DNA of 64,000 bases from Longimicrobiales bacterium. Lineage in GTDB: Bacteria > Gemmatimonadota > Gemmatimonadetes > Longimicrobiales > Gaopeijiaceae. Under the pieces are notes generated by a model, which was given only the letters and a program-made list of their open reading frames with translations, did no database searches and was not told the DNA's origin. Within the stretch, counting starts at the first letter, position 1, and each line of letters starts with the position of its first letter. The position numbers and the translations under genes were made by a program. Location: assembly GCA_965218295.1 (NCBI GenBank), contig CBDCKN010000013.1:384001-448000 (forward strand). Reading direction: 5' to 3'. This document shows positions 40,965 through 51,997 of this stretch, in pieces.

Positions 40965-42023
40965 TTACTCCTCGCTGGCCTCGGCCGGCTCGACCGGATC
41001 CTCGTCCACGAGGAAGAGCTGGCCATCGTCGCCCTCCCTGAGGCTCATGCCGAACCGGAGGCCGTGCTCATCCAGGAAGTCGGAGATCTCCTTGAGCGAC
41101 TTCTTACCGAAGTTCTCGATCCCCAGCATCTCGTCCTCCGAGCGCTGAACGAGGTCGCCCAGAGTCCGGATGTTCTCCTTCTGCAAGGAGTTACGGGACC
41201 GAACGCTGAGCTCGGCCAGATCCTCGATTGGCCGGTCGAACAGATCGCGCAGCCGGTCGGGGACCTCCACGGCGCCCGGAGGCGTCAGCTGAGGCATTCC
41301 ACCCTCACCGAAGTAGAGCATGAATTCGAGGTGCTTCCGAACCAGCTCCGCAGCGTAGCGAACGGCCGACTCCGGATCGACGGATCCGTTGGTCTCGATG
41401 AAGAGCGTCAGCCGATCGAAGTCGGTGCGCTGCCCGACCCGCGTCTCCTCCACCGCGAAGTTAGCGCGCAGGACCGGGTTGTAGATCGAGTCGATGCGAA
41501 CCATGTCCACGGGCGCGCCCCGGGGCAGCTCATGTTGGCTCGCGAGAACGAAGCCCCGCCCCTTGTTGACGTGCAGCTCGATGTTGAGCTTGCGCTTGTC
41601 CTGCACGGTCATCAGGTGATGATCCGGATCGTGGATCGTCACGCCCGCCGCCGGCTTGATCTCGGCCGCCGTCACGGGACCCACTCCGGTCACGCGGATC
41701 GCGAGGGTCGCCTCGTCGATATCGTCGTCCAGTGTGACGACCAGGGCCTTGAGGTTCTGGATGACCTGGTGGACGTCTTCCACCACGCCCTGGATGGTCT
41801 GGTGCTCGTGCACCACACCGTCGATCCGGAACGCCCACACAGCTGCCCCACGAAGCGACGAGAGGAGCACCCTTCGAACCGAGTTGCCAAGGGTGTGTCC
41901 GAAGCCGCGCTCGAGAGGCTCGATCACGAACTCGGCCGAGTGCCCGTCTTCGGAGGTCCCGGCGACCTCGATCCGCTCGGGTAGTACCAATCCAGTTAGA
42001 TCTATTTGCACGGAAGACTCCAT
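40965..42023 (-). CDS. rpoA: RNA polymerase alpha subunit
   Basis: [29 protein letters not shown]. Confidence 0.97.
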   Translation of the reverse strand: MESSVQIDLTGLVLPERIEVAGTSEDGHSAEFVIEPLERGFGHTLGNSVRRVLLSSLRGAAVWAFRIDGVVHEHQTIQGVVEDVHQVIQNLKALVVTLDDDIDEATLAIRVTGVGPVTAAEIKPAAGVTIHDPDHHLMTVQDKRKLNIELHVNKGRGFVLASQHELPRGAPVDMVRIDSIYNPVLRANFAVEETRVGQRTDFDRLTLFIETNGSVDPESAVRYAAELVRKHLEFMLYFGEGGMPQLTPPGAVEVPDRLRDLFDRPIEDLAELSVRSRNSLQKENIRTLGDLVQRSEDEMLGIENFGKKSLKEISDFLDEHGLRFGMSLREGDDGQLFLVDEDPVEPAEASEE

Positions 42024-42658
42024 TACTTCGAGTAAAGCTCCACGATGAGCTGTTCCTGGACCGCCAGCGGAATGTCCTGACGGGTGGGACGACGGGTCAC
42101 GCGGCCGACGCGATTCTTCTCGTCCAGCGCGAGCCACTCCACGAGAGCGGGGCGGGTCCGGGCTTCGAGGCTCGCCTGCACCGACGCCAGGTCCCTGGAC
42201 TTGGGTCGTATGGCCACTTCGTCGCCGGAGCCTACCTGATAGGACGGAACGTCCACGACGCGCCCGTTCACCTCCACGTGGCGATGCCGGACGACCTGCC
42301 GGGCGGCGCTTCGGCTTGGTGCGAATCCCATCCGGAAGATCACGTTGTCGAGACGGGACTCGAGGGAGATGAGCATGTTCTCCCCCGTGATGCCATCGCG
42401 GGTGGAGGCGCGCTCGAAGAGGGTTCGGAACGGGCGCTCGTGGAGCCCGTAGATCCTCTTGACCTTCTGCTTCTCACGGAGCTGGACGGCGTAGTCGGAC
42501 TGCTTGCGCCGCCGTGCGTGGGCCGGGCCGTGCTGACCCGGAGGGTACGCGCGCCGCTCTACGGGGCACTTCTCCGTGTAGCACTTCGGTCCCTTCAGAA
42601 AGAGCTTCTGCCCCTCACGCCTGCAGAGCTTGCAAACCGGTCCCGTGTATCGTGCCAT
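42023..42658 (-). CDS. rpsD: 30S ribosomal protein S4
   Basis: MARYTGPVCKLCRREG, QLREKQK, IVELYSK. Confidence 0.97.
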   Translation of the reverse strand: MARYTGPVCKLCRREGQKLFLKGPKCYTEKCPVERRAYPPGQHGPAHARRRKQSDYAVQLREKQKVKRIYGLHERPFRTLFERASTRDGITGENMLISLESRLDNVIFRMGFAPSRSAARQVVRHRHVEVNGRVVDVPSYQVGSGDEVAIRPKSRDLASVQASLEARTRPALVEWLALDEKNRVGRVTRRPTRQDIPLAVQEQLIVELYSK

Positions 42659-42669
42659 GCTGTTCTCTT

Positions 42670-43059
42670 CTAGACCCGGCGCTTCTTGGGCGGGCGGCAT
42701 CCGTTGTGGGGAAGCGGGGTCACATCCTGAATGGCCTTGATCTGCAGTCCCGCGGCCGAAAGGGCCTGGATGGCCGACTCACGCCCGGAGCCCGGCCCCT
42801 GCACTCGGACGTTCACGCGCCTCACCCCCATCGCCACCGCCTCGCGTCCGCACTGCTCGGCGGCCACCGTAGCGGCGAAGGGCGTCGACTTCTTGGAGCC
42901 CTTGAAGCCGGCCTTGCCGGCGCTGCCCCACACGATGGTGTTGCCTGCGTTGTCGGTGATCGTGATGAGCGTGTTGTTGAACGTCGCCTTGATGTGCGCG
43001 ACCCCCTCCGCCTCTACGATCTTCTTGCTGCGCCTACGCGGCGACGTTACTTCGGCCAC
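42670..43059 (-). CDS. rpsK: 30S ribosomal protein S11
   Basis: [26 protein letters not shown]. Confidence 0.97.
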   Translation of the reverse strand: MAEVTSPRRRSKKIVEAEGVAHIKATFNNTLITITDNAGNTIVWGSAGKAGFKGSKKSTPFAATVAAEQCGREAVAMGVRRVNVRVQGPGSGRESAIQALSAAGLQIKAIQDVTPLPHNGCRPPKKRRV

Positions 43060-43116
43060 TCGTTACCGTCCTTCGTGTCTTGATCGAAAGCGTTTCTCTA
43101 TGCTCGATGTGCTCGA

Positions 43117-43497
43117 CTACTTCTTCGGCGCCCTCTTCTTACCTGCGATGGCCCGTCGCTGACCCTTGTGGGTCCGGGCGTTCGTGTGGGTGCGCTGTCC
43201 GCGTACCGGCAGGCCACGGCGATGCCTGAGGCCCCGATAGCACCCGATGTCCATGAGCCGCTTGATGTTCATGGAGACTTCGGTTCGGAGGGCACCCTCT
43301 ACCTTGTAGTTGCCTTCGATCTCTCGACGCAGCTGGTTCACGTCGTCGTCGGTGAGGTCGACGGTACGGCGGTCCGGATCGACACCAGTCTTATCGAGAA
43401 TCACCTGCGACCGGGACGCCCCGATGCCGTAGATGTAGGTCAGCGCGACCTCTATCCTCTTGTTCTTCGGAAGATCAACACCCGCGATGCGTGCCAT
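43117..43497 (-). CDS. rpsM: 30S ribosomal protein S13
   Basis: [27 protein letters not shown]. Confidence 0.97.
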   Translation of the reverse strand: MARIAGVDLPKNKRIEVALTYIYGIGASRSQVILDKTGVDPDRRTVDLTDDDVNQLRREIEGNYKVEGALRTEVSMNIKRLMDIGCYRGLRHRRGLPVRGQRTHTNARTHKGQRRAIAGKKRAPKK

Positions 43498-43616
43498 ACC
43501 ACCGTCTCTTCAACTCGTGATCGGAAAGGTGCGCGACTGAGGCGTACTCACGGTACGCCGCAGGGAGCGCGCTCTGAAGCCCGACACCACCCCGCGCCGC
43601 TATGGGCTGCGCGAGG

Positions 43617-43733
43617 CTACCCTTGGCGTTGTTTGTGCTTCGGATTGCGCGAACAAATGATCCTCACCACACCCCGGCGACGGATCACTTTACAGTGCTC
43701 GCAAATCGGTTTTACGCTGCTACGGACCTTCAT
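43617..43733 (-). CDS. rpmJ: 50S ribosomal protein L36 (not in ORF track)
   Basis: [38 protein letters not shown]. Confidence 0.96.
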   Translation of the reverse strand: MKVRSSVKPICEHCKVIRRRGVVRIICSRNPKHKQRQG

Positions 43734-43835
43734 TTTTCATGCCTTTACGTGCGTTTCTAGCAGAGCAAATAATGATAATGAAAGGCTCCCTGCCCTTCAA
43801 GGCGTTTCGGGGGTCTTCGACGTCTCGTGTCCCGC

Positions 43836-44606
43836 TCAGGCCGGCGTCTCCACGTGGGTCGCGGTCAGGATGCGCGGCCCGTTGGCCGTCACGGCTACGG
43901 TATGCTCGAAATGGGCCGACCTGGTGCCGTCCTGAGTCACGACGGTCCAGCGATCCTCGAGTGTCCTGATGTTCTCGGTCCCCAATGCGAGCATGGGCTC
44001 GATGGCGAGGACCATGCCCTCCCAGAGGACGGGGCCCACACCCGGGCGTCCCAGGTTCGAGACTTGAGGCTCTTCGTGGACTTCCCGGCCCACACCGTGG
44101 CCCACGAGATCCCGGATTATATGCAGTCCAGTCCCCTCGACCCGCGCCATGACGGCAGCACCGATGTCACCAACGTGGTTGTCCTTCACGGCTGCCGTGA
44201 TGGCCGCATGGAGAGCCTCTTCCGTCACGGCGAGGAGGTGACGGCCCTGCTCGTCCAGCTCTCCCACCGAGAAGGTCCAGGCCGAGTCGGAGCACCAGCC
44301 GTCCAGCTTCACCCCGACGTCGATAGAGACGATGTCACCCTCCGCCAGCATCCGGTTCGCCTTGGGGATTCCGTGAACCACCTCTTCGTTCAACGAGATG
44401 CAGACGCTCCCAGCGAAGCCGTAGAGCCCCTTGAACGCCGGCTCGGCACCGTCGTAGGAGCGGATGAAGTCGTCGGCGAACACGTCCAGCTCCAGCGTCG
44501 ATACACCGGGAACGATGCGAGGCTGTATCTCGACGAGGAAGTCGGCGATGATGGCCCCTCCGCGGGCGATCACTTCGATCTCTTCGGGGGTCTTGAGGTG
44601 GATCAT
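43836..44606 (-). CDS. map: methionine aminopeptidase type I
   Basis: VVHGIP, GHGVGREVHEEP, AIEPM, SAHFEHT. Confidence 0.96.
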   Translation of the reverse strand: MIHLKTPEEIEVIARGGAIIADFLVEIQPRIVPGVSTLELDVFADDFIRSYDGAEPAFKGLYGFAGSVCISLNEEVVHGIPKANRMLAEGDIVSIDVGVKLDGWCSDSAWTFSVGELDEQGRHLLAVTEEALHAAITAAVKDNHVGDIGAAVMARVEGTGLHIIRDLVGHGVGREVHEEPQVSNLGRPGVGPVLWEGMVLAIEPMLALGTENIRTLEDRWTVVTQDGTRSAHFEHTVAVTANGPRILTATHVETPA

Positions 44607-45256
44607 CAGGCCAGCCCCAAGGCGGCGACCACGGCCGCGTGCACAGCCTCTACGCTCTGTTCACCGTCCACGCGGTGCACAGGGGCGCCGCTGGCCTCGT
44701 AGTATGCGATGAGGGGCGCGGTCTGACGCTGGTACACGTCCAGACGATTCTGGACAGTTCCGGGGTGATCGTCGGTCCGGTGCTGGAGGACAACGCCATC
44801 GTTGTCGCACACGCCGTCCTCGACGGGCGCGGCCAGAGAGATGTTGTAGACCGCGCCACACTCCGGGCACGACCGGCGGCCGGCAATCCTCTCGACAAGG
44901 GATGCATCCTCCGCCTCGAGCACCACGATGTGATCGATCTTCATGCCCAGCTCACTGAGCATCATGCTGAGACCCGACGACTGAGCGCTGGTCCGGGGGA
45001 AGCCGTCGAAGACGACGCCCGTGCCGGCGGGCAGGGGTGCCAGCTTCTCCTTCACCATGGCTATCATGACGTTGTCCGGGACGAGCGCCCCCGCGTCCAT
45101 GAAGCGCTGCGCCTCCCGGCCAAGGTCGGTTCCCTGGGCACGGGCCTGGCGGAGCAGGTCGCCGGTGACCACCCGCTCCCAACCTTGAGCCTCGGCAAGA
45201 AGAACCCCCTGGGTGCCTTTTCCAACCCCCGGGGGTCCCAAGAGAATGACGTACAT
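44606..45256 (-). CDS. adk: adenylate kinase
   Basis: GPPGVGKGTQ, DGFPRT, CxxC lid. Confidence 0.96.
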   Translation of the reverse strand: MYVILLGPPGVGKGTQGVLLAEAQGWERVVTGDLLRQARAQGTDLGREAQRFMDAGALVPDNVMIAMVKEKLAPLPAGTGVVFDGFPRTSAQSSGLSMMLSELGMKIDHIVVLEAEDASLVERIAGRRSCPECGAVYNISLAAPVEDGVCDNDGVVLQHRTDDHPGTVQNRLDVYQRQTAPLIAYYEASGAPVHRVDGEQSVEAVHAAVVAALGLA

Positions 45257-45282
45257 GAGCGTCGGTCGTCTCTCTGGCCGCG

Positions 45283-46596
45283 CTACATGTATCGTGAACG
45301 ACCGCGCAACTTCACACGGCCCTTCTTCATGAAGCCGTCGTAGTGGCGGAGGAGCAGGTGCTGCTGCGCCTGCTGGACTGTGTCCAGGCCCACGCCCACT
45401 ACGATCAGGAGGCCGGTTCCACCGAAGAAGAACGTCTGGATATTGAAGATGTCGAAGATCCAGAACGGCACCAGCGCGATCAGCGCCAGATAAATCGACC
45501 CCGGAAGCGTGACTCTCGTGAGCACGCGATCGATGTACTCAGCGGTACGGGCTCCCGGCTTCACACCCGGTACGAAGGCTCCTTGCTTCTTCAGGTTCTC
45601 GGCCAGGTCCACAGGGTTGAAGATGATGGCCGTGTAGAAGTACGTGAAGAAGACGATCAGGAGCCCGTAGGTGATGTAGTAGACCGGCCCGGGCTGGAAG
45701 ATGTCGGCGATGGTGTCGAGGAATCCGCCTGTCTGGCCGGCGAACTGGGCGATGGTGCCCGGCACGACGATGAAGGATTGGGCGAAAATGATGGGCATGA
45801 CGCCGGCCGAGTTGACTCGTAGCGGAACGAAGCTCTTCTGCCCCTCCCGGATACGCCCTCGCCCCACCACCTTCCGTGGTATCTGAACCGGGATCTTCCT
45901 CGCGCCCATGGTCATGGCCACCACGGCCGCGGTGATCGAGATCAGCACCGCGATGAGCATCACGACCGCGAAGATCTTGATCTGCCCGGCGATGAACGAC
46001 TCCCAGGTCCTGGCCACGGCCGCCGGGAAGCTCTCGATGATGGAGAAGAAGATCAGGAGCGACATGCCGTTTCCGATCCCGCGCTCCGTGATCTGCTCAC
46101 CGAGCCACATGACGAAGATGGCGCCCACCGTGAGCGTCACCGTGGTGGTCATGTTGAACAGGAAGCCGGGGTCCCGGACCGCACCCGTGCTGTTGAGGAA
46201 GGCGGCGTAGCTGAACCCCTGGACGGCACTCAGGACAACCGTAGTGTAACGGGTCCACTGCGTCAGCTTCTGCCGTCCGTCCTCGCCCTCCTTCTGCATT
46301 TTCTCCACGGTCGGGAAGACGGCGGCCAGCAGCTGGAACATGATGCTGGCGGAGATATAGGGCATGATGCCCAGGGCAAGGATCGTGGCCCGGCTGAGAC
46401 CGCCACCCACGAACATGTCGTAGATGCCGAGGATCCCGCCCTGGAGGGCGCCGAACTGCTGCCGGAGGATCCCCACGTCCACCCCTGGAACGGTGATGTG
46501 TGCACCGAACCGGAAGACAAGCATGATGAAGAGCGTAAAGAGGATCTTCTCTTTGAGCTCCGGGACCCGGAAAAGATTCGGAATCGGGTTAACCAT
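45283..46596 (-). CDS. secY: preprotein translocase SecY
   Basis: LGIMPYISASI, GIGNGMSL, AGVMPIIFA, GGTGLLIVVGV. Confidence 0.97.
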   Translation of the reverse strand: MVNPIPNLFRVPELKEKILFTLFIMLVFRFGAHITVPGVDVGILRQQFGALQGGILGIYDMFVGGGLSRATILALGIMPYISASIMFQLLAAVFPTVEKMQKEGEDGRQKLTQWTRYTTVVLSAVQGFSYAAFLNSTGAVRDPGFLFNMTTTVTLTVGAIFVMWLGEQITERGIGNGMSLLIFFSIIESFPAAVARTWESFIAGQIKIFAVVMLIAVLISITAAVVAMTMGARKIPVQIPRKVVGRGRIREGQKSFVPLRVNSAGVMPIIFAQSFIVVPGTIAQFAGQTGGFLDTIADIFQPGPVYYITYGLLIVFFTYFYTAIIFNPVDLAENLKKQGAFVPGVKPGARTAEYIDRVLTRVTLPGSIYLALIALVPFWIFDIFNIQTFFFGGTGLLIVVGVGLDTVQQAQQHLLLRHYDGFMKKGRVKLRGRSRYM

Positions 46597-47263
46597 CGGT
46601 CTCCGCTTCGCCTTCAACATCCTCTGCGGCCGGCGCCTCGGCCTGCTCGGCCTCCTCAGCGGCTTCCGCTGCCGGGGCCTCGTCCGTCTCCACCGCGACC
46701 TCCGTGTCGGCCTCCACGGCGGCCTCCGCTGCCGGGGTCTCATCCGTCGCGGCCGCAACCTCCGCGGTCGGCTCTTCGGGGGCGGGCTCGGATGCCTCGG
46801 CCGCTCCATTGCCCCCGCCGCGAGTCAGGACCGTAGCCGAGCCTCCGGCCACTTCGATCTTGCTCACGGCTCCGCCGCTGAACTTGTGAGCCTCCACGGA
46901 GTAGGCCTGGTTCACCTCGCCCATGGCGAGAATCTTGATCAGCCCCTCTGCGGATCGGATCAACCCCGCTTCCTTCAACACCTCCGCGTTGACCGTGGTC
47001 CCCTCGACACGAGCGAGATCCCCCACGTTCACGATCTGGTACACCGTGCGCTTGCGCGGCGTGAACCCCCGCTTCGGGATGCGCCTCTGCAAGGGCATCT
47101 GTCCACCCTCGAATCCCGGACGGATGGAGCCACCACTGCGGGACTTCTGGCCGTTCTCTCCGCGACCGGCGGTCTTCCCTTTCCCGGAGCCGGGGCCTCG
47201 CCCCTTCCGCTTCGAGCGGCGATGAGAGCCGCGAGCGGGACGTAGTTCGTGTAGCTCAGCCAT
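46589..47263 (-). CDS. rplO: 50S ribosomal protein L15 with acidic C-terminal extension
   Basis: GRGPGSGKGKT, GFEGGQMPL. Confidence 0.95.
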   Translation of the reverse strand: MAELHELRPARGSHRRSKRKGRGPGSGKGKTAGRGENGQKSRSGGSIRPGFEGGQMPLQRRIPKRGFTPRKRTVYQIVNVGDLARVEGTTVNAEVLKEAGLIRSAEGLIKILAMGEVNQAYSVEAHKFSGGAVSKIEVAGGSATVLTRGGGNGAAEASEPAPEEPTAEVAAATDETPAAEAAVEADTEVAVETDEAPAAEAAEEAEQAEAPAAEDVEGEAETDG

Positions 47264-47265
47264 TC

Positions 47266-47448
47266 TCAGATCTCTTCCACCTTTACCAGGTGCCAAACCT
47301 GCTTCAGCATCCCGCGGATGGCGGGTGTGTCGTCATGCACCACCGTCTGCTGGTGCTTCTTGAACCCCAGGGCCTCCAGGGTGCGCCGGTGTTTGAATTT
47401 CCGCCCGACCCCACTCCGGACCTGGACGATGGACAGCTTCTTAGCCAC
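47266..47448 (-). CDS. rpmD: 50S ribosomal protein L30
   Basis: [14 protein letters not shown]; position in spc operon. Confidence 0.95.
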   Translation of the reverse strand: MAKKLSIVQVRSGVGRKFKHRRTLEALGFKKHQQTVVHDDTPAIRGMLKQVWHLVKVEEI

Positions 47449-47971
47449 GATCGCCTCCCAGGATGACCTCCACAGGAACGCCGCGCTCTTGTGCCGCTTG
47501 CTCGGGCGTGACCAGGTTCGTGAGTCCCTCCATGGTGGCTCTCACCACGTTGATCGGGTTGTTGCTCCCGAGGCTCTTGGTCAGGATGTCCTTGATGCCC
47601 ACGGCTTCCAGGACGTAGCGGACCGGCCCACCGGCGATCACGCCCGTTCCGGGCGCCGCAGGACGCAACATGACGCGCCCGGCACCCCAGCGACCGATGA
47701 TCTCGTGGGGGATGGTCCCGTTCCGAACGGGGATCTCAACCATCTCCTTCTTGCCGCGCTCGAAGGCCTTGCGGATGGCTTCGGCCACCTCGTTGGCCTT
47801 GGCCAGCCCGATGCCCACACGACCCTTCTGGTCACCGACGGACACGAGCGCGGTGAAGGAGAACCGGCGGCCACCCTTCACGACCTTGGCCACGCGGTTG
47901 ATGTAGATCACGTTTTCACTGAACTCGGACTCGCGCCCGCGACTCTCTCTACGTCTCTGGTCCCTGGCCAT
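47441..47971 (-). CDS. rpsE: 30S ribosomal protein S5
   Basis: [24 protein letters not shown]. Confidence 0.97.
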   Translation of the reverse strand: MARDQRRRESRGRESEFSENVIYINRVAKVVKGGRRFSFTALVSVGDQKGRVGIGLAKANEVAEAIRKAFERGKKEMVEIPVRNGTIPHEIIGRWGAGRVMLRPAAPGTGVIAGGPVRYVLEAVGIKDILTKSLGSNNPINVVRATMEGLTNLVTPEQAAQERGVPVEVILGGDRG

Positions 47972-48351
47972 CAGAACTGCAGCCCTCCCTCCCGGGCGCC
48001 CTCGGCGAAAGCCTTAACCCGGCCATGATACTGGTATCCCCCACGATCGAACACTACAGACTCCACTCCCTTGGCCACCGCCCGCTCCCCGAGGAGCTTC
48101 CCGGCCGCCCTTGCGTGCTCGACCCTGGGGTTCGAGCTCTCGGCCTTGAAGCCGGCGAGATCGGGACTGAGCGTGGACAGACCCATCAGCGTCTTGCCGG
48201 CGTCGTCGTCTACGACCTGCCCCTCGAAGTTCTTCAGGGAACGGAACACTACGAGCCTCGGACGCTCCGCCGTGCCCCAGATCTTCTTGCGGATCCGGGC
48301 GTGCCGTCGGGCTCGCTGCGTACCTCGAGTCTTGGAGGCTTTTGTGCTCAT
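47971..48351 (-). CDS. rplR: 50S ribosomal protein L18
   Basis: [21 protein letters not shown]. Confidence 0.97.
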   Translation of the reverse strand: MSTKASKTRGTQRARRHARIRKKIWGTAERPRLVVFRSLKNFEGQVVDDDAGKTLMGLSTLSPDLAGFKAESSNPRVEHARAAGKLLGERAVAKGVESVVFDRGGYQYHGRVKAFAEGAREGGLQF

Positions 48352-48365
48352 GATCTCGTTCGCTC

Positions 48366-48908
48366 TTAGACGGCGGCGGCCGTCTTACCGGCCTTGCGGC
48401 GGACGTGCTCGCCCTGGTAGCGGATACCCTTCCCCTTGTACGGCTCCGGGGGACGGAAACCGCGAATCTCGGCGGCCGCTTGGCCCACCTTCTGCTTGTC
48501 GACCCCCGCTACCACGATGGTGGTCGGGTTCGGTACGTCGAGATCCACGCCGTCGGGCGCCGGATAGTCGATAGTGTGCGAGAACCCGAGGGTCAGGACG
48601 ATGCCCGATCCCTTCTTCTGCGCCTTGTATCCTATCCCCTGGATCTCGAGGATCTTGCTGAACCCGTTGACCACGCCTTCGATCATGTTGGCGATGAGGG
48701 TGCGTGTCAGGCCGTGCAGCGCCCGGTGCCGCGGTTGATCCGAAGGACGTGTCACCCTGAGCACCCCGTCATCTAGCGTGACCGTGATATCGGCGTGAAC
48801 GTCGAAGGTGAGCTGCCCCTTTCCACCCTTCACCTCGACGTTCTGCCCGCTCAGAGTCACGTCGACACCTTGCGGCGCTTCGATAGGCATTTTACCAATC
48901 CGCGACAT
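48366..48908 (-). CDS. rplF: 50S ribosomal protein L6
   Basis: [15 protein letters not shown]. Confidence 0.97.
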   Translation of the reverse strand: MSRIGKMPIEAPQGVDVTLSGQNVEVKGGKGQLTFDVHADITVTLDDGVLRVTRPSDQPRHRALHGLTRTLIANMIEGVVNGFSKILEIQGIGYKAQKKGSGIVLTLGFSHTIDYPAPDGVDLDVPNPTTIVVAGVDKQKVGQAAAEIRGFRPPEPYKGKGIRYQGEHVRRKAGKTAAAV

Positions 48909-48922
48909 TGATCTCTATCCCC

Positions 48923-49315
48923 TCACCAGACCAGAGCGATGAGCTCGCCACCCACGCCCTGCTTACGAGCCACCCGGTCCGACATCAGTCCCTGGGAAGT
49001 GGAGAGGATGGCCATCCCCAGCCCGTTCCGGACCCGAGGAATGTCATCGACGGCCACGTAACGACGGCGACCCGGGCGTGACACCCGTTCCAGGTGCCGG
49101 ATGATGGGGCCCTCTTCGTGGTACTTGAGGTACACGCGGAGAATCCCGAACTTGCCGTCGTCCAAGACCTTGTAGTCGTAGATGAAGTGGTTGTCCTTCA
49201 GGAGGCGGGCCACCTCGGTCTTCAGCTTGGAGACCGGCATGTCCGCCCACTTGTGCCCCGCGGTTCCGGCGTTCCGGATGCGTGTGAGCATGTCCGCAAT
49301 GGGATCCGTCATCAT
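48923..49315 (-). CDS. rpsH: 30S ribosomal protein S8
   Basis: DPIADMLTRIRNA, SRPGRR, GGELI. Confidence 0.97.
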   Translation of the reverse strand: MMTDPIADMLTRIRNAGTAGHKWADMPVSKLKTEVARLLKDNHFIYDYKVLDDGKFGILRVYLKYHEEGPIIRHLERVSRPGRRRYVAVDDIPRVRNGLGMAILSTSQGLMSDRVARKQGVGGELIALVW

Positions 49316-49330
49316 AGCCGTTTCGATCCT

Positions 49331-49516
49331 TTACCAGCTTGATTTCCGGACGCCCGGGATCTCGCCCATGAGGGCCTTCTGACGGAAACAGATCCGGCAG
49401 ATTCCGAACTTCCGAATATACGCACGAGGGCGCCCGCAGCGCTGACAGCGATTCCGATGTCGCCCCGGATACTTGGGTTTGCGGTTGTTCTTCTCGATCA
49501 ACGCCTTCCTGGCCAT
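49331..49516 (-). CDS. rpsN: 30S ribosomal protein S14 (Zn-binding type)
   Basis: [23 protein letters not shown]. Confidence 0.96.
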   Translation of the reverse strand: MARKALIEKNNRKPKYPGRHRNRCQRCGRPRAYIRKFGICRICFRQKALMGEIPGVRKSSW

Positions 49517-49542
49517 TGAACTCCCCTGTCTGTCTGTCCGTG

Positions 49543-50118
49543 TTAGTTCGCGTGCTGCCCGATTATGACAGGAACCGCCCCTTGGAAGGGGAAGCCCATC
49601 TCGCGAAGCAGCGCAAGCGCCTCGTCGTCCTTATCCGTTGTCGTGACGACGGTAATGTTCATTCCGTGAATCTGACTGACCTTGTCATAGTCGATCTCCG
49701 GAAAAATGATCTGCTCCCGGACACCCATGGTGAAGTTCCCCCGGCCGTCGAAGGCCCGCGTCCGCAGCCCGCGGAAGTCCCTCACACGCGGTATGACGAT
49801 GCTCACAAGCCGATCCAGGAATTCGTACATCCGGCTCCGCCGTAGCGTGACCGACGCTCCGATGGGCATGCCCTCGCGGAGCTGGAAGTTCGAGATCGAC
49901 TTCCGGGCCCGGGTGATGACCGCCTTCTGGCCGGTGATCACGCCCAGCTCGTCTACCACGGACGTCAGGAGCTTGGCGTTCTTTGACGCCTCGCCCACCC
50001 CCACGTTCAGCACCACCTTCACGATCTTGGGAATCCGGTGGGGGTTCTCCCACTGGAACTGCTCCGCCAGCCGTGGGCGGGCGTGCGCCTTATAGTGCTT
50101 CAGTAGTCTCGGTTCCAT
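49543..50118 (-). CDS. rplE: 50S ribosomal protein L5
   Basis: [23 protein letters not shown]. Confidence 0.97.
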   Translation of the reverse strand: MEPRLLKHYKAHARPRLAEQFQWENPHRIPKIVKVVLNVGVGEASKNAKLLTSVVDELGVITGQKAVITRARKSISNFQLREGMPIGASVTLRRSRMYEFLDRLVSIVIPRVRDFRGLRTRAFDGRGNFTMGVREQIIFPEIDYDKVSQIHGMNITVVTTTDKDDEALALLREMGFPFQGAVPVIIGQHAN

Positions 50119-50184
50119 CTCTCTCTCTCAGTCCTTAAGTCGCGCCGCAGTATACGTCGATCCGACGCGAGTCGACGGCTCCCG

Positions 50185-50523
50185 CTACGGCTTGGGGATC
50201 GGATTGCCGGTCTTCAGGGCGATCCTCTCTTTGGTTCCATCGGCCTCGATCCGCATGCGGACCCGGCTCGCCTTATCCGAGGCCGGATCCACCAACATCA
50301 CGTTGGAAATGTGGATCGGTGCCTCGAAGGTCATGATCCCACCTTCTGGATTCGCCTCCGACGGACGCTCGTGGCGCTTGCGCATGTTCACACCCTCCAC
50401 CACGACACGCCCCGCGTCCCGGAGCACGCGGAGGACGGTGCCCTCCATGTCCCGGAAGTTGCCTCGGATCACCCTGACCCGGTCACCCTTCACGATCGTG
50501 TATCTCGACGCTTTGGTGGCCAT
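50185..50523 (-). CDS. rplX: 50S ribosomal protein L24
   Basis: KGDRVRVI, VVEGVN, EAPIHISNV. Confidence 0.96.
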   Translation of the reverse strand: MATKASRYTIVKGDRVRVIRGNFRDMEGTVLRVLRDAGRVVVEGVNMRKRHERPSEANPEGGIMTFEAPIHISNVMLVDPASDKASRVRMRIEADGTKERIALKTGNPIPKP

Positions 50524-50891
50524 TACAGCACCTCCGGGGCCAGCGAAACGATTTTCATGTAGCGCCTCTCGCGCAACTCACGTCCGACGGGACCGAAGAT
50601 GCGGGTTCCTCGGGGCTCGCCCTGGGGGGTGATGAGCACCGCCGCATTGTCGTCGAAGCGGATGTAGGTGCCGTCCTTGCGCCGCACTTCCTTGGCCGTG
50701 CGTACGACGACGGCCCGCACCACCTCCCCCTTCTTCACGGGAGAGTTGGGGATCGCGTCCTTGATCGTCGCGACGATGACGTCACCGACGCTGGCGTAGC
50801 GCCGCCGTGATCCACCCAGGACCCGAATACACAGGGCGCTCTTGGCCCCCGAGTTGTCGGCAATCTTGAGGATCGATTCCTGCTGAATCAT
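50523..50891 (-). CDS. rplN: 50S ribosomal protein L14
   Basis: [22 protein letters not shown]. Confidence 0.97.
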   Translation of the reverse strand: MIQQESILKIADNSGAKSALCIRVLGGSRRRYASVGDVIVATIKDAIPNSPVKKGEVVRAVVVRTAKEVRRKDGTYIRFDDNAAVLITPQGEPRGTRIFGPVGRELRERRYMKIVSLAPEVL

Positions 50892-50944
50892 CTCTGTGTC
50901 CTAAATCGTGTCGCCTTGTTGGTCGAATGACCGATTCTCGATGG

Positions 50945-51295
50945 TCATCCTTGTTCGGAGCGCTCGAGCAGCTCTATAACACGCCACCGCTTGGTCTTCG
51001 AAAAGGGTCGGGTCTCGGCGATCCTGACCACGTCTCCTTCCTTGTACTGATTCTCTTGGTCGTGAGCGTGGTATTTCTTGGTCTTCTTGACCTGCTTCCC
51101 GTAGAGGGGATGGGCGAACTGCCGCTCCACACGCACTGTCACAGTCTTGTCACCCTTGTCGCTGGTCACCACCCCGGTCCGGACCTTCCTCCGGTCCCGA
51201 GCGTCGCTGTCCTGGGGTGCCACGGGCTGCTCGACCTGCTCGGCTTGCTCGACCTGCTCGGCCTGCTCGGCCTGCTCCGATGTGTTCTCTGTCAT
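50945..51295 (-). CDS. rpsQ: 30S ribosomal protein S17 with repetitive N-terminal extension
   Basis: [24 protein letters not shown]. Confidence 0.96.
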   Translation of the reverse strand: MTENTSEQAEQAEQVEQAEQVEQPVAPQDSDARDRRKVRTGVVTSDKGDKTVTVRVERQFAHPLYGKQVKKTKKYHAHDQENQYKEGDVVRIAETRPFSKTKRWRVIELLERSEQG

Positions 51296-51298
51296 GGG

Positions 51299-51535
51299 TT
51301 ACTCGGTCGACTCGTCGGATTGCCCGGTTGGCTCCTCGGATTCCCCGGCCATATCACGCTCCCGGAGAATCGTATGCAGGCGCGCAATGTCGCGCCGGAT
51401 GTGTTGCAGCATCTTGGGATTCTCGAGCTCCATCGTCCCGGTCCGAAAGCGGAGGCGAAACTGCTCCTCCTTCAGCTCCCCGAGCCGGGCGAGAACCTCG
51501 ACGTTGTCCCACTCGCGTATCTCTTCAGCCTTCAT
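51299..51535 (-). CDS. rpmC: 50S ribosomal protein L29
   Basis: FRLRF, LENP, RRDIARLHT. Confidence 0.95.
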   Translation of the reverse strand: MKAEEIREWDNVEVLARLGELKEEQFRLRFRTGTMELENPKMLQHIRRDIARLHTILRERDMAGESEEPTGQSDESTE

Positions 51536-51564
51536 CGTCTCTTCTAGTTAGCGGTTGCAGACCA

Positions 51565-51981
51565 CTAGAGCTGGTGCTTTCGAACGACGAAGCGCGTCGC
51601 GACAGGGAGCTTCGCGGCGGCCAGCTTCATGGCCCGCTTGGCGACCTCCTCCGTAACACCCTCCAGCTCGAACATCATGCGGCCCGGCTTCACCACGGCC
51701 ACCCAACCCTCAGGGTTACCCTTCCCCTTCCCCATACGGGTCTCGGCGGGCTTGGCCGTGATGGGCTTGTCCGGGAAAATCCGGATCCAGACCTTCCCAC
51801 CACGCTTGATGTGGCGGGTCATGGCGACACGAGCGGCCTCGATCTGGCGGTTGGAGATCCAGCCGCACTCCGTCGTCTGGAGGCCGAACTGGCCGAACGA
51901 GACCTTGTTGCCGCGATACGACTTGCCGCGCATCCGGCCCTTATGTTTCTTGCGGTGTTTTACACGCTTGGGCGAAAGCAT
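51565..51981 (-). CDS. rplP: 50S ribosomal protein L16
   Basis: [16 protein letters not shown]. Confidence 0.97.
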   Translation of the reverse strand: MLSPKRVKHRKKHKGRMRGKSYRGNKVSFGQFGLQTTECGWISNRQIEAARVAMTRHIKRGGKVWIRIFPDKPITAKPAETRMGKGKGNPEGWVAVVKPGRMMFELEGVTEEVAKRAMKLAAAKLPVATRFVVRKHQL

Positions 51982-51997
51982 CGTCTATTCCTCTCGG

